A DNA stretch of 64,000 nucleotides from Candidatus Cloacimonadales bacterium (GCA_963662275.1 OY759316.1:1056001-1120000); one strand, 5' to 3'. Shown: positions 10,542 through 20,975, counted from the stretch's first letter. Translations and numbers: made by a program. Notes: generated from the sequence alone by a model not told the origin.

Positions 10542-10630
10542 GTAGAGACGTTCAACTTGCGCGTCTCTTTTTTTCCTGTGAATTTCATGAGACACCCAGG
10601 TTACGAGACGCCCAAGTTGGGCGTCTCTAC
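10542..10630. repeat. REP doublet, family B
   Basis: GTAGAGACGTTCAACTTGCGCGTCTC ... GAGACGCCCAAGTTGGGCGTCTCTAC; same family as the REPs flanking the RAYT. Confidence 0.85.
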
Positions 10631-10632
10631 GG

Positions 10633-13600
10633 TTATTTTGGTATTGTGAAATAAAAGGTTGAGCCTTTTCCAACTACGCTTTCAGCCCAAACTTCTCCTT
10701 TATGTCGTTGAATGATTTTTTTTACGATAGCTAATCCAATCCCATTTCCTTCGAAATCGTTCTGTGAATGTAAGCGCTGAAACGAACCAAAAATCTTGCT
10801 AACATAATTCATATCAAAACCTACACCACTATCGTTGATAAAGAATACAATCTCATGTTCTCGATCGATACTTCCTATCTCAATTCTTTTTTCAACTTGT
10901 GGAAGGGTAAACTTAACTGCATTCGTGATTAGATTTTGCCAGACTTGTCTCATCAGTATAGCATCAGCTTGAACAACAGGCAATGTATTGATCCGGAAGT
11001 CGAAGAGGACCCTAGTGTCTTCGGGGATAATGGAATTCAGTAGATCTGATACTAATTCATACATGTTTAATTCTTTATAGTTCATGGAATATGGATTAAG
11101 ATTTGCTAATTCCAAGAGTTCCATAATCAGGCTATCCATTCTTAAGGCATTACTTTTAATAACATGAAGCAACTTCTTTCCTTCTACATCTAAAATCGAA
11201 TCATAATCTTCTAGTAAAATCGTAGAAAAACCGTCAATTGACCGGAGTGGCGAACGCAAATCATGAGCGACTGTATAAGAAAATGATTCCAGTTCCTTAT
11301 TTACTGATTGAAGCTGAAGAGTGCGTTCTTCTACTTTCGCTTCCAAATCTATTGCATGTTGTTTAATTGCTTCTATCAAGCGCAACTGCTGCATCACGAT
11401 GGACAATTGATTAGCAAACTCTAACGCACTTGCTTGATACTTTTCTATAAAGAAATTTGGAATATCAGATGTAAAGCCTAAGAATCCCAAGAGTTCATCT
11501 TTCACAATCAAGGCGATATACATATATGAGGATTGTCCATTTTCAACCAGTTTTGTCCATACTAGGTTGCTATCAGGATTTAATGCAATATTAACATCAT
11601 TAATTATAACTAATTTCCGGTTTTGAAGAATGTCAGTATAAGCTTTGCTTATAGGGTAAGATTTTCCAACAGCAATAAAGGAGAGGATTTCGGAATTAAG
11701 TGATACAGCTCTGACAGTGTTTATTGATGACTCAATCTCATTAACAGTAATTAATGAACAAGGTATTAATTCTAAAAGTTTAGCCAAGACAGTTTTACAT
11801 ACGGTATCAAAAGACAAGGTTTCGAGGACAATGCTGTCAATTTCATGCAGGATTTCCATTCGCTTGGCATAATTGTTTCGTTCTTCTTCTGCCAGTTTAC
11901 GATCTGTGATATCCAGGGATATTCCACCAAGAAGTTCATCGGCTTTATCTCTTTGAATTGCAAACTTGATTGTCTCATAAATATGGATTTTCCCATCAGG
12001 GTGATGTACACTTACTTCCCTGTCCTGGTAACCCTTATCCCAAACACGAAAATCTGCATCTGCCATGAACTCACTTAATTCAGGATGGAATATCTCTTCA
12101 GCAGTCTTATTTATCCAACTGGCAGCATTGAGGTTTTCAATTAAATAACGATTTACGTAGATGATTTTACCATTCTTATCTTTGATGAATATACCACCAG
12201 GCAGCAAATCCATAAATAGCTCGAAGCGGGATTGACTTTCTTTCAACGCGATTTCAGCTTTTTTACGAGCTGTGACGTCCAGCGATAATCCCCCGATCAT
12301 AACAGTTCCGTCTTCACTTAGTATCTTAAATTTGGTGGTATCAAAGTAATAAATATCTCCGCTAGGATTAATGATGGAGTCACTCATCTGATAAAATCCT
12401 GCTTCAAGAGCCTGTTTATCACTGCTTTTAACTTCAGCTATTTCATCCTGTGGAAGTATTTCTTCTGTTGTTTTACCAATCCAACTTGCAGCTCCATGAA
12501 CTTCCCTCATCACTTTATTCACATAAATGATCCGACTATCCTTATCCTTAATAAACACATTTCCTGGAATATTATCCATAAATAGCACGAAGCGTGATTG
12601 ACTTTCTTTCAAGGCGATTTCAGCTTTCTTTCTGGCAGTAATATCCGTTGAAATATGTATCACTTTATCTAGTTGACCTTGATTGTCGTAAATCGGTTTA
12701 CAGGATACAACGTAGTATCCTCCCAAGGCTTCAACTTCCATTTCTTCCACATAAGTTTCTTCTGTTGGGACAATGTTCCTGAATGGACATTCGAGTGGAG
12801 GTTCAGTAGCATTTTCTCCGTGGAAGATTAGCCAGCATTTCTGACCTTCCATTTGCTCTTGTGTTTTGTCTAAGTCTATTTCAGCTAATCTGTTGGCTCT
12901 AATAATATTCTGTTGGCTATCAAGAATGACCGTTGGGTGAGGAATTGCGTCGAAAATGTCTTCCCATTCTTGTTTCGCATTTTTCAGGTTGATTTCTACC
13001 ATCTTCCGTTCCACAATCTCACCAACGATCTTAGCAACAGTTTGCAGTTTTCGCTTTGCTTGTTCTATGATATAGGGAGGTCTAGTTTCATATAGAAGTG
13101 CCTTTTTTCGGAGTTCATCCACATCTGCCTGGAATCTTTCTGCCACTTCACTTAATTCAGGGTCACTAGTTGGCGGATTACCATAACTGAGATTAATACA
13201 GCCAATCACACCGGTGGAAGTTAGTATGGGAACAGTATAAACATGCAGACCATCGGGGCTTTCCACATCACTTTCCTGTCCGGAGTTCATTACATTCTGA
13301 GCAATCTCTTTCCACTGTCTAATATGACAATGGCGGGTATTTTCATACTTCACTGGAATTGATTCATCCTCGTTTTGTTTGGATACTTTATCCAGGTACT
13401 GGCACCAAGCTGAAGATAAAAGGACTGTAGCATAATCACCATTATTTTCATAAACTGCAGCGGATGTATCCAATAAAGAAATATAATCGCTCATCAATTC
13501 CTTTAAAACATCCAACCCCACTGAATCCACAATGAGCCTGTTAGCATTCAGGTCGTTTAAATCCCAGTAAACTGAAACGATATCCGATTCCACATGTTGT

Positions 13601-14604
13601 TTAGTGAGCATCCATTCGATACTGCGAAGAGCCGATTCCTGTTTCCTGCGTTCTGTGATATCAGTGAAAACACATTGAGTGGCAAGGAAACTGCTATCTT
13701 CATGCTTCACGATTTTTCCATCAAAGCTAACAAGTATTTGTGAACCATCTTTTTTCACCAGCTTGAATTCAATACCTTCCATATGACCATGAGCTTTAAA
13801 TTCTGGGAAACAGCAACCAACATGTTCCAAATCATCAGGGCTGAGAAACTCGGTAAAATTCTTGCCGATGACATCTTGTGCTGCATATCCGAGTGCATGT
13901 AACCAGGATTCATTAACGGTCATAATATTCCCGTTTATATCTAGTGACTGGTAGGGAATGGGAGCTTGTTCGTACAAATTTCGTAATTGCTTCTCACTGA
14001 TTTCCAACTCATTTTTTTCCTGTCTGCGTTGGATTCTGCGAGCTATTATCTTTCCCAAAACTACGGTTACAATTGGATAAATAATGATAACAGGAAGCGA
14101 TATCCCCCTATAGACATCAAACCTGATTTTTGTAGGGAGTAAGATGGTTAATGATAGCATCGTGATATGGGTGACAATTCCCAAAGTGTATAGGAGAAAG
14201 AAACTATATGGTATATTCCATCTGTTCCTGAGTGCTTTCCATAGGAAACCCCAGAGAACTGATGCAATAATAACTGAGCAACCCATATAAATACCAGCTC
14301 CTCCCTTCCATATTCGATAAAGTAGGGCAAGGATGGCTGCGATACAGGTAGGCAAAATGCCAAAGAATAAGGCAGATAAGCTTAATAAGATTGAACGTGT
14401 ATCAAATACTACTCCTGGTTTTAATACCCAAGGATTCAGCATAATGGCAAGAACAATGATTCCCAGGCTGATTCCGGTCAGAATTTTTGATATTAGCGTG
14501 TTACGATAACCTTGCAGGGTAACGGAATCGAAAATAATACCTAGAGCTAACAATAAGGCTGCATTATAAATCAGACCGATAAAAATACCTTGAATCATTG
14601 TCAC
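10633..14604 (-). CDS. Membrane sensor histidine kinase (5TM-LYT-like + PAS + PocR-like + 3 PAS + GAF + HisKA/HATPase)
   Basis: PGVVFDTRS in the N-terminal TM region; repeated PAS-PAC 'DITERR/DITARK'; H-box SYTVAHDLRSPLRSIDG, N-box NLITNAVKF, G boxes DSGVGF and GIGLAIV. Confidence 0.9.
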   Translation of the reverse strand: MTMIQGIFIGLIYNAALLLALGIIFDSVTLQGYRNTLISKILTGISLGIIVLAIMLNPWVLKPGVVFDTRSILLSLSALFFGILPTCIAAILALLYRIWKGGAGIYMGCSVIIASVLWGFLWKALRNRWNIPYSFFLLYTLGIVTHITMLSLTILLPTKIRFDVYRGISLPVIIIYPIVTVVLGKIIARRIQRRQEKNELEISEKQLRNLYEQAPIPYQSLDINGNIMTVNESWLHALGYAAQDVIGKNFTEFLSPDDLEHVGCCFPEFKAHGHMEGIEFKLVKKDGSQILVSFDGKIVKHEDSSFLATQCVFTDITERRKQESALRSIEWMLTKQHVESDIVSVYWDLNDLNANRLIVDSVGLDVLKELMSDYISLLDTSAAVYENNGDYATVLLSSAWCQYLDKVSKQNEDESIPVKYENTRHCHIRQWKEIAQNVMNSGQESDVESPDGLHVYTVPILTSTGVIGCINLSYGNPPTSDPELSEVAERFQADVDELRKKALLYETRPPYIIEQAKRKLQTVAKIVGEIVERKMVEINLKNAKQEWEDIFDAIPHPTVILDSQQNIIRANRLAEIDLDKTQEQMEGQKCWLIFHGENATEPPLECPFRNIVPTEETYVEEMEVEALGGYYVVSCKPIYDNQGQLDKVIHISTDITARKKAEIALKESQSRFVLFMDNIPGNVFIKDKDSRIIYVNKVMREVHGAASWIGKTTEEILPQDEIAEVKSSDKQALEAGFYQMSDSIINPSGDIYYFDTTKFKILSEDGTVMIGGLSLDVTARKKAEIALKESQSRFELFMDLLPGGIFIKDKNGKIIYVNRYLIENLNAASWINKTAEEIFHPELSEFMADADFRVWDKGYQDREVSVHHPDGKIHIYETIKFAIQRDKADELLGGISLDITDRKLAEEERNNYAKRMEILHEIDSIVLETLSFDTVCKTVLAKLLELIPCSLITVNEIESSINTVRAVSLNSEILSFIAVGKSYPISKAYTDILQNRKLVIINDVNIALNPDSNLVWTKLVENGQSSYMYIALIVKDELLGFLGFTSDIPNFFIEKYQASALEFANQLSIVMQQLRLIEAIKQHAIDLEAKVEERTLQLQSVNKELESFSYTVAHDLRSPLRSIDGFSTILLEDYDSILDVEGKKLLHVIKSNALRMDSLIMELLELANLNPYSMNYKELNMYELVSDLLNSIIPEDTRVLFDFRINTLPVVQADAILMRQVWQNLITNAVKFTLPQVEKRIEIGSIDREHEIVFFINDSGVGFDMNYVSKIFGSFQRLHSQNDFEGNGIGLAIVKKIIQRHKGEVWAESVVGKGSTFYFTIPK

Positions 14605-14620
14605 CTCTGATATTAATGAA

Positions 14621-14646
14621 GTAGGGATAGACCCACGTGTCTATCC
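14621..14646 (+). repeat. Single REP, family A
   Basis: GTAGGGATAGACCCACGTGTCTATCC, identical to the start of the copies at 6844 and 7776. Confidence 0.85.
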
Positions 14647-14650
14647 AAAA

Positions 14651-14892
14651 TGAATTCCAGTTTCTGGAGTTCATATGAAAGTTGAGATTTTGGAATTCAT
14701 ATGCCCAATTTCTTTATCATTGAATATCTTGCTAAAGGGGCATGTGGACTTCATAATCGAATTTTTGCTACCGGTGATGAAATTCCGTATCATGAAGTCC
14801 ACTTGTCCTTTTAATCATATGTTCATTTGAATATAGCTAGGACAAATGAACTCCAGATACTTAGAATGTTATCTTGGCATGTTGAACTCCAA
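14651..14892. repeat. TGRASTYCA-bounded hairpin element (copy 1, two inverted 63-nt units)
   Basis: 14691-14753 TGGAATTCA-TATGCCC..GGGCATG-TGGACTTCA and 14793-14855 TGAAGTCCA-CTTGTCCT..AGGACAAA-TGAACTCCA; linker TTTTTGCTACCGGTGATGAAA shared with other copies. Confidence 0.75.
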
Positions 14893-14901
14893 GTTTTTCA
14901 A

Positions 14902-15342
14902 TTAATTAACAGGCGGTGGTTCGTTTATCACGAGCCAATACAATCCTAAATGATTGATCGCTTCGGCAAATTGATTGAAATCTACCGGCTTACGGATATA
15001 ACTGTTAGCACCGTTATCATAACTTGATGCTACATCGATATCTTCTTTGGAAGAAGTAAGAACCACAACTGGTAAGCGTTTGGTTTTTGGATGCGACCGA
15101 ATGTTTTTCAGGATTGTCAACCCGTCAATTTTTGGCAGTTTCAGATCAAGTAGTACGACCGTTGGTAGATCATTGATATCCCTAGCAGAATATTTACCTG
15201 TGCAGAACAGATAATTCATCGCTTCTTCTCCATCTTCCACAACAATCAAGTTGTTGCAAATATGACTTTTATTTAAAGCGCGTTTTGTCAATTCTACATC
15301 ACTGGGGTTGTCTTCCACTAAAAGGATGGTTTTTGTATTCAT
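14902..15342 (-). CDS. Single-domain response regulator (Rcp1-like receiver)
   Basis: ILLVEDNPSD, VVLLDLKLPKIDG, VVVLTSS, GANSYIRKPVDF, LGLYWL. Confidence 0.93.
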   Translation of the reverse strand: MNTKTILLVEDNPSDVELTKRALNKSHICNNLIVVEDGEEAMNYLFCTGKYSARDINDLPTVVLLDLKLPKIDGLTILKNIRSHPKTKRLPVVVLTSSKEDIDVASSYDNGANSYIRKPVDFNQFAEAINHLGLYWLVINEPPPVN

Positions 15343-18300
15343 GAATCCTCCTTAAGAGTAAAGTAAAAAATCGCATATTTATTGATTTCAGCATTTGCCC
15401 AAATTTTTCCACCATGCCTGTTAATTATTCTTTTAACGGTAGCTAGACCAATACCAGTACCAGCAAAATCGGAAGCTTTATGCAGACGCTGGAAAGTTCC
15501 AAACAGCTTATCTACATAAAGCATATCAAATCCAACTCCGTTATCTTTAATATAATATACTAATTTTCCATCTATTTGAGAGCGTCCAAATTCAATTCTT
15601 GCTTGATTTCTTGTCTGCGTATATTTGAAGGCATTATCAAATAGGTCGATTAAGACAATTTCCATGAGCTGAAAGTCGCCTTGATCGAGCATATCGGGTT
15701 GAATGTTTACGACAATGAATCTATTCTTGTTTATAGATTTTAGACGTTGACTTACTATCTCAGCCATCTTGCTCAGATTGAGTTCCTCAAACTCCATTTC
15801 TTCCCTGGATACATGTGCTAGCCTCAAAAGAGCATCTATCACTTGTCCCATATTTTGAGCTTCAGCGCGAATTGTTTCTAAATGTCTTTTCCCCTGAGCA
15901 TCTAATACGTTGCTGTAATCTTCTAACAATACCATACTCCAGCCATCTATACCCCGCAAAAAGGTGCGTAAATCATGTGATACAGAATAGGAGAAGGCTT
16001 CCAATTCTTTATATGCAGCAGATAATTGCTTTGTGCGATCGATGACTTTTTGCTCAAGACTTTCATTTAACAATCTAATGACTTCTTCGGTTTTTTTTCT
16101 ATCCGTGATATCTTGGATGACACCAACGACTTTCATCGGATTGTTGTTTTCGTCCCTGATCAGGACTGCTTTTGATGTGATGATCTTGGTAGCGCTATGA
16201 TTGGCAGGATGTATTTCAAAATCAAGATCATATGTTTTATCCTCTTCAATCAAATCCACTAAAGCCTGGTGAATTCTTTCTTTTTCAGGGATACATGCTT
16301 CTATTTGTTCGATTGGCATCTGACTGGTTTCCTGGGGTAATCCATAAATCCTGAGACTTTCTTCAGATCCCCAGATAGTATCACTTTTCAGATCATATTC
16401 CCAACTGCCAATGTGACCAATAGCTTGAGACATCTTGAGTCTTTCCTGGTTAATTCTAATCTCCCCTTCTGCTTTTGTACGTTCAGTAACATCCATAAAG
16501 AAAGCGGTAACACGTCTTTCACCAGTTTGAATTGCCCTGATATCATAAGCGCCTGAGATTGTCATATCATGATAGACGTAGTCAATGCTGGCAAATGGTT
16601 CACCAGTCAAAGCTACTCTGCGGTAGATCTCAGGAATTTCACTTGTTGCATGCATGGGAAATACTTCCTCAATTTTTCTACCGATAAAAGGCTTATGATC
16701 AAAACCAAGAATCTCATTGGCAGATAAATTGAAGTTAGAAAAGATTAATTCATTATTTTCATCCACAACATAAGTATGAGCACCGAAAGGAACTTTGTCA
16801 ATTACTGATTGTAGCCTTTCTAATGCAACTTGAAGTTTGACTTCTACCTGCTTGCGTTCCGTGATATCCTGAGCAGCTCCAAGAAGTCCAACAATTTTGC
16901 CATTCGCATCGCATTCGACTTTTCCATGCACCCACATCCATCCATTACTACCATCTTTTCGAACAGTCTCTAATTCTAAATCATAAGGATTTCCTGTTTT
17001 AGTTGTATTAGCCAAAGCTGTTGACAACCTCTCCCAACTTTCACGTGTAAATAATTTTTGGTGTTCAGTATAAGGAGGTGGCGGAAGCTCTGGATCAAAG
17101 TCATACATTCTGTAGAGCTCATTCGTCCATTTTACCTGATTGCTTGCAAGATCCAATCGCCAACTACCAATCTTAGCAATTCGCTGTGTTTCATTTAAAT
17201 CCTTCTCGCTTAATCGAAGAGCAATTTCAGCATTATATCTGTCAGTAATATCCTGCCACTGGGCGATGGTTGTTAATAAGTATGAGCCATCCTTAGAGTA
17301 GATGTTTGCAGAATTCCACAAGGCTATTCGCACCATATCATCTTTTGTTTGAATCGGAATTTCCACTACATCCCAGTTTTCTCCGGCTGATGTTTCCATA
17401 ATCTTATGGAATGATACATCTCTGCTTACTTCAGGAAACAAAATCTTGAGATACATACCAATCACTTCATTGCTTTCATAACCGGTCATTCTCTCGAAAG
17501 CATGGTTAAATCTCGTTATTTTGTATTCATTATCCCAGACAATGATCGGTGCATTGGCACAGTTAAACAGGGATTCAAGATACTCTGTAGTTTCCTTCAG
17601 TTGATCAGTAATTTGCTTTTTCAAAGTAATATCGCTGACTGAAGATAAAAAGAAAAGTGGTTGATTACTCGCATCTTTTTGTATTGTAGTTTGCAATTCC
17701 ACCCAGACAATACTGCCGTTCTTATGGAGATAACGCTTTTCAAATCTAACACTCTTTGCTTCGCCTGCTAAAAGCATATCGATATGATGTTGACTTACAT
17801 CAATATCATCGGGATATGTAATCTCAGTCCAATTCGCTGCATGGAATTCCTCTTCTGTGTATCCTAGAATATCACAAAAAGCTTTATTGACCTTCAAATC
17901 GCCATTCATATAAGTGAGAGAGATGCCAACCGGTGAGTTGGTGAAGATGTTACGGAAATTCTCTTCACTGATCTGCAAAGCTTCTTCTGCTCTTTTATGC
18001 TCAGTGATATCCCTGATAATAGCTTGCTGTAAGATTTCATCGTCGATCGATATAGAACGGATACTTGCTTCCACCTCGATATGTCTGCCATCCTTTGCCA
18101 GGTGAGTAATCTCCATGCGGATCCCTTCTTTAGCAAGTGAGTCCCAATCGAAATCACTTTGCAGATGGCGCATAGAAGTTAAACGTAAATCATCAAGATT
18201 CAATTTTACCAGTTCGTCTTCTGTATAGCCATAAGTATCGATTGCCTTTTGATTTACATCAATGATATTGCGGTTTTTATCCAAGGTCAAGATGATATCA

Positions 18301-20051
18301 TTGGAGTATTTTGTGAGATTGGCAACTCGCTCCGCATATACCTGACGTTCCCTCGTAAGTGTATATTGTCTTTGCAGCCAGAGTTGGTCTCTATTTTTTT
18401 CCCTGTATCTGATCATAAATGCAACAAGGAAGTTTAAAAGAATAACAAAACTGAGGATGAACCATATTCTTGATCTCAATGGTCCATAGATTTCCGATCG
18501 ATCTATTTTTGATACGGAATACCAAGGGGTTCCGGGAATCGTGCCGATCATAGCAAGAACAGGTTTGCCACGATAGTCCATGCCTTCCACAATCCCTTTT
18601 TTCCCTTTGACTGCCATTACTGCCGGAAGAAGATTGTATTTGTCGATTGAATATCGCAAACGGAAAGCTGTATTTTTCTTATGTCTCAATTCATTCATAT
18701 AGACAACATCATTTCCTTCCCTGCGTACTAGAAGTGTCTCACCGCTTTTGCTGTAAGTAGGCCAGTTCTGAATCAAAGGATAGAGGTAAAGTGCTGGATC
18801 GTATTGAATGAGCCATATTGCCTGGGGTTTACCAGAACTGATTGAGACTGGTATCCAGATATTTAAACGGGTATTATAATGATTATCTGTACTATGATCA
18901 ACATCAATCTGAAAATCAGATTCGCATATTTTATTTTCAGCTAATGCACAATAATATGATGAATCATGAAGCAAATCAAATTTGTATGACCCGTTTGGTA
19001 TGCTGATTAGTTTTGTACCTTGTTTATCATATAAAACAAATCTGGCATATTTGTAATTTTGCTGACGATTTAGCATCCACTGTTCAATTTCATTTCTTTT
19101 TATTTCATTTGATTTGTCCTTAAGATAACTGATAACCGCATTTTTTACGATGACATTATTTAGAATAACGTCAGCATCAGCTAATTTATCCTGATACCAC
19201 TTGCTTATTTGATCTGTTTTTAGATCACCAATGATTTTTAATTCCTGGAAAGCTGAATTCCGAGCTGCATTATAAGAAAACCTCAGAACAACAATACCAC
19301 AGATTAAAATCAGAAAGGATATTAGGATATAATTACTTGCTGCACTGCTGCTTATGAGATGACTTGTCAGTTTTGAACTTCCAACTTCTTCATGAGAAAT
19401 ACCGGGGATTAATTCTCTGAAGCCATAAATACTCAGTATCGCAAAGTTGAGCAGAAAAAAGGCAAGTGCTGAATATAATGCCATTGTCAAAACGGATGAG
19501 TCAAAAAATATGGGCATACCTGCAGCAAAGCTGAGAATGATTGTTAGGCAAAAAAGAATATTTAAGATAGTTACAGATAATCCGACATATTGAAGGATTT
19601 TCCATTTACCATGCATTTTATGATTAAACAGCAGAGATATTACTGTTAAAATAGCCACAAAAGCTGTAGTAGGAGATATTACTCCAAGCTGTATGCCATT
19701 GATGTAACGATCTCCACTTATCATTTTATCGATTATCGGGGTACCCAAGTTTCCAAGTCGTATTACGATAACATACATGCAATATGAAATGATCGTTCCT
19801 AACAGTGTATAAAATATCAACTTATAATATTTGGTTGTATCATAGGATAACGAAAAGAGAGTACAAAAACAAAGAAACAGAATTGTGAAAGCCGAAGTAG
19901 GAGCCAAAGGCAATAAATCTGAGCGGAATGCTGATAATTCCCAACTGTGATGCAACCAGTTCAACAATCCAAGTATTGTGGAGATTATCACCAGAATTAT
20001 TAGTATCTCAACTGGCTTCCATAAGCGTTTCAGCGTAAACTTCATATTCAT
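15339..20051 (-). CDS. Large membrane multi-PAS sensor histidine kinase with Cache-like extracytoplasmic domain
   Basis: Multiple TM helices; GETLLVRREG..DYRGKPVL Cache-like segment; about six PAS/PAC repeats; SYSVSHDLR H-box; DNGVGF and GTGIGLATV. Confidence 0.9.
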   Translation of the reverse strand: MNMKFTLKRLWKPVEILIILVIISTILGLLNWLHHSWELSAFRSDLLPLAPTSAFTILFLCFCTLFSLSYDTTKYYKLIFYTLLGTIISYCMYVIVIRLGNLGTPIIDKMISGDRYINGIQLGVISPTTAFVAILTVISLLFNHKMHGKWKILQYVGLSVTILNILFCLTIILSFAAGMPIFFDSSVLTMALYSALAFFLLNFAILSIYGFRELIPGISHEEVGSSKLTSHLISSSAASNYILISFLILICGIVVLRFSYNAARNSAFQELKIIGDLKTDQISKWYQDKLADADVILNNVIVKNAVISYLKDKSNEIKRNEIEQWMLNRQQNYKYARFVLYDKQGTKLISIPNGSYKFDLLHDSSYYCALAENKICESDFQIDVDHSTDNHYNTRLNIWIPVSISSGKPQAIWLIQYDPALYLYPLIQNWPTYSKSGETLLVRREGNDVVYMNELRHKKNTAFRLRYSIDKYNLLPAVMAVKGKKGIVEGMDYRGKPVLAMIGTIPGTPWYSVSKIDRSEIYGPLRSRIWFILSFVILLNFLVAFMIRYREKNRDQLWLQRQYTLTRERQVYAERVANLTKYSNDIILTLDKNRNIIDVNQKAIDTYGYTEDELVKLNLDDLRLTSMRHLQSDFDWDSLAKEGIRMEITHLAKDGRHIEVEASIRSISIDDEILQQAIIRDITEHKRAEEALQISEENFRNIFTNSPVGISLTYMNGDLKVNKAFCDILGYTEEEFHAANWTEITYPDDIDVSQHHIDMLLAGEAKSVRFEKRYLHKNGSIVWVELQTTIQKDASNQPLFFLSSVSDITLKKQITDQLKETTEYLESLFNCANAPIIVWDNEYKITRFNHAFERMTGYESNEVIGMYLKILFPEVSRDVSFHKIMETSAGENWDVVEIPIQTKDDMVRIALWNSANIYSKDGSYLLTTIAQWQDITDRYNAEIALRLSEKDLNETQRIAKIGSWRLDLASNQVKWTNELYRMYDFDPELPPPPYTEHQKLFTRESWERLSTALANTTKTGNPYDLELETVRKDGSNGWMWVHGKVECDANGKIVGLLGAAQDITERKQVEVKLQVALERLQSVIDKVPFGAHTYVVDENNELIFSNFNLSANEILGFDHKPFIGRKIEEVFPMHATSEIPEIYRRVALTGEPFASIDYVYHDMTISGAYDIRAIQTGERRVTAFFMDVTERTKAEGEIRINQERLKMSQAIGHIGSWEYDLKSDTIWGSEESLRIYGLPQETSQMPIEQIEACIPEKERIHQALVDLIEEDKTYDLDFEIHPANHSATKIITSKAVLIRDENNNPMKVVGVIQDITDRKKTEEVIRLLNESLEQKVIDRTKQLSAAYKELEAFSYSVSHDLRTFLRGIDGWSMVLLEDYSNVLDAQGKRHLETIRAEAQNMGQVIDALLRLAHVSREEMEFEELNLSKMAEIVSQRLKSINKNRFIVVNIQPDMLDQGDFQLMEIVLIDLFDNAFKYTQTRNQARIEFGRSQIDGKLVYYIKDNGVGFDMLYVDKLFGTFQRLHKASDFAGTGIGLATVKRIINRHGGKIWANAEINKYAIFYFTLKEDS

Positions 20052-20183
20052 CTCCTAGAATGAATATCAATCCATTATCCCGGTAGCATGATAAAGAATG
20101 GTTAACATTCCTAATGAAGTATTTTTACATCTTAGTCTTCTTTACTATATTAACTTTTATGCAATATGATGTCAAATTAAAAA

Positions 20184-20263
20184 GTAGAGACGCCCAAGGT
20201 GGGCGTCTCATTTCCCTGATTGACAGATGAATGGGATGAGACGCCCTTGTAGGTCGTCTCTAC
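20184..20263. repeat. REP doublet, family B, at the RAYT 3' end
   Basis: GTAGAGACGCCCAAGGTGGGCGTCTC ... GAGACGCCCTTGTAGGTCGTCTCTAC; overlaps the RAYT stop codon. Confidence 0.88.
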
Positions 20264-20793
20264 GGTTCAAAATACAAATCATCATTTTTCCATGTTTTGG
20301 GATTGTTGATAATATATTGCCGTATTATATCTAGTTCACCTTCTCGAATGATATGATCATAGAATCTCGATTGCCATGCGAAATTGATACCTTCTTTCTT
20401 CATCGTTATTGTACAAATACGTTTGTATTGATTGATAATAACACCTAATGTAGAGACGCTCAACTTGGGCGTCTCAATTGTAGTGTGACCGGATGAGACG
20501 CCCTTGTAGGTCGTCTCTACGATGTTAATAATGCCATGAATATGATTCGGCATAATTACGTAGTTATCTAATTGAACATTTGGAAAATGCGAAGGTATTT
20601 CATTCCAATATTTCAGAGCAATTTGTCCTGCTACAGATAATACTATTGTCTCATCCATAACATCACCAAAATAATACGCATGATTATTTGTGCAAATTGT
20701 TACGAAATACAAACCAGGTTGGGAATAGTCGAAGTCATTTAGTCGAATGGAATCGATACGGTATAGTCCTTTAAATTTTTGAGAATCTAACAT
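20260..20793 (-). CDS. REP-associated tyrosine transposase (RAYT / TnpA-REP, Y1 HUH nuclease)
   Basis: YFVTICT, HUH motif YVIMPNHIHGII, WQSRFYDHIIR, catalytic YIINNP; GTAG REPs on both sides; SD AAGGAGG. Confidence 0.92.
   Translation of the reverse strand: MLDSQKFKGLYRIDSIRLNDFDYSQPGLYFVTICTNNHAYYFGDVMDETIVLSVAGQIALKYWNEIPSHFPNVQLDNYVIMPNHIHGIINIVETTYKGVSSGHTTIETPKLSVSTLGVIINQYKRICTITMKKEGINFAWQSRFYDHIIREGELDIIRQYIINNPKTWKNDDLYFEP
20450..20520. repeat. Intragenic in-frame REP doublet inside the RAYT gene
   Basis: 71 nt, one mismatch to 20854-20924; translated as VETTYKGVSSGHTTIETPKLSVST. Confidence 0.92.
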
Positions 20794-20853
20794 AATTACC
20801 CTCCTTATTATGAAATATATTTATTCTGCAAATACAATTTTGTCAATATTAAA

Positions 20854-20975
20854 GTAGAGACGCCCAACTTGGGCGTCTCAATTGTAGTGTGACCGGATGA
20901 GACGCCCTTGTAGGTCGTCTCTACGGCACAATTGACGGATGGATGGGATGAGACGCCCAAGTTGGGCGTCTCTAC
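20854..20975. repeat. REP cluster, family B, upstream of RAYT
   Basis: Doublet 20854-20924 plus a third REP GAGACGCCCAAGTTGGGCGTCTCTAC at 20950-20975. Confidence 0.9.
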
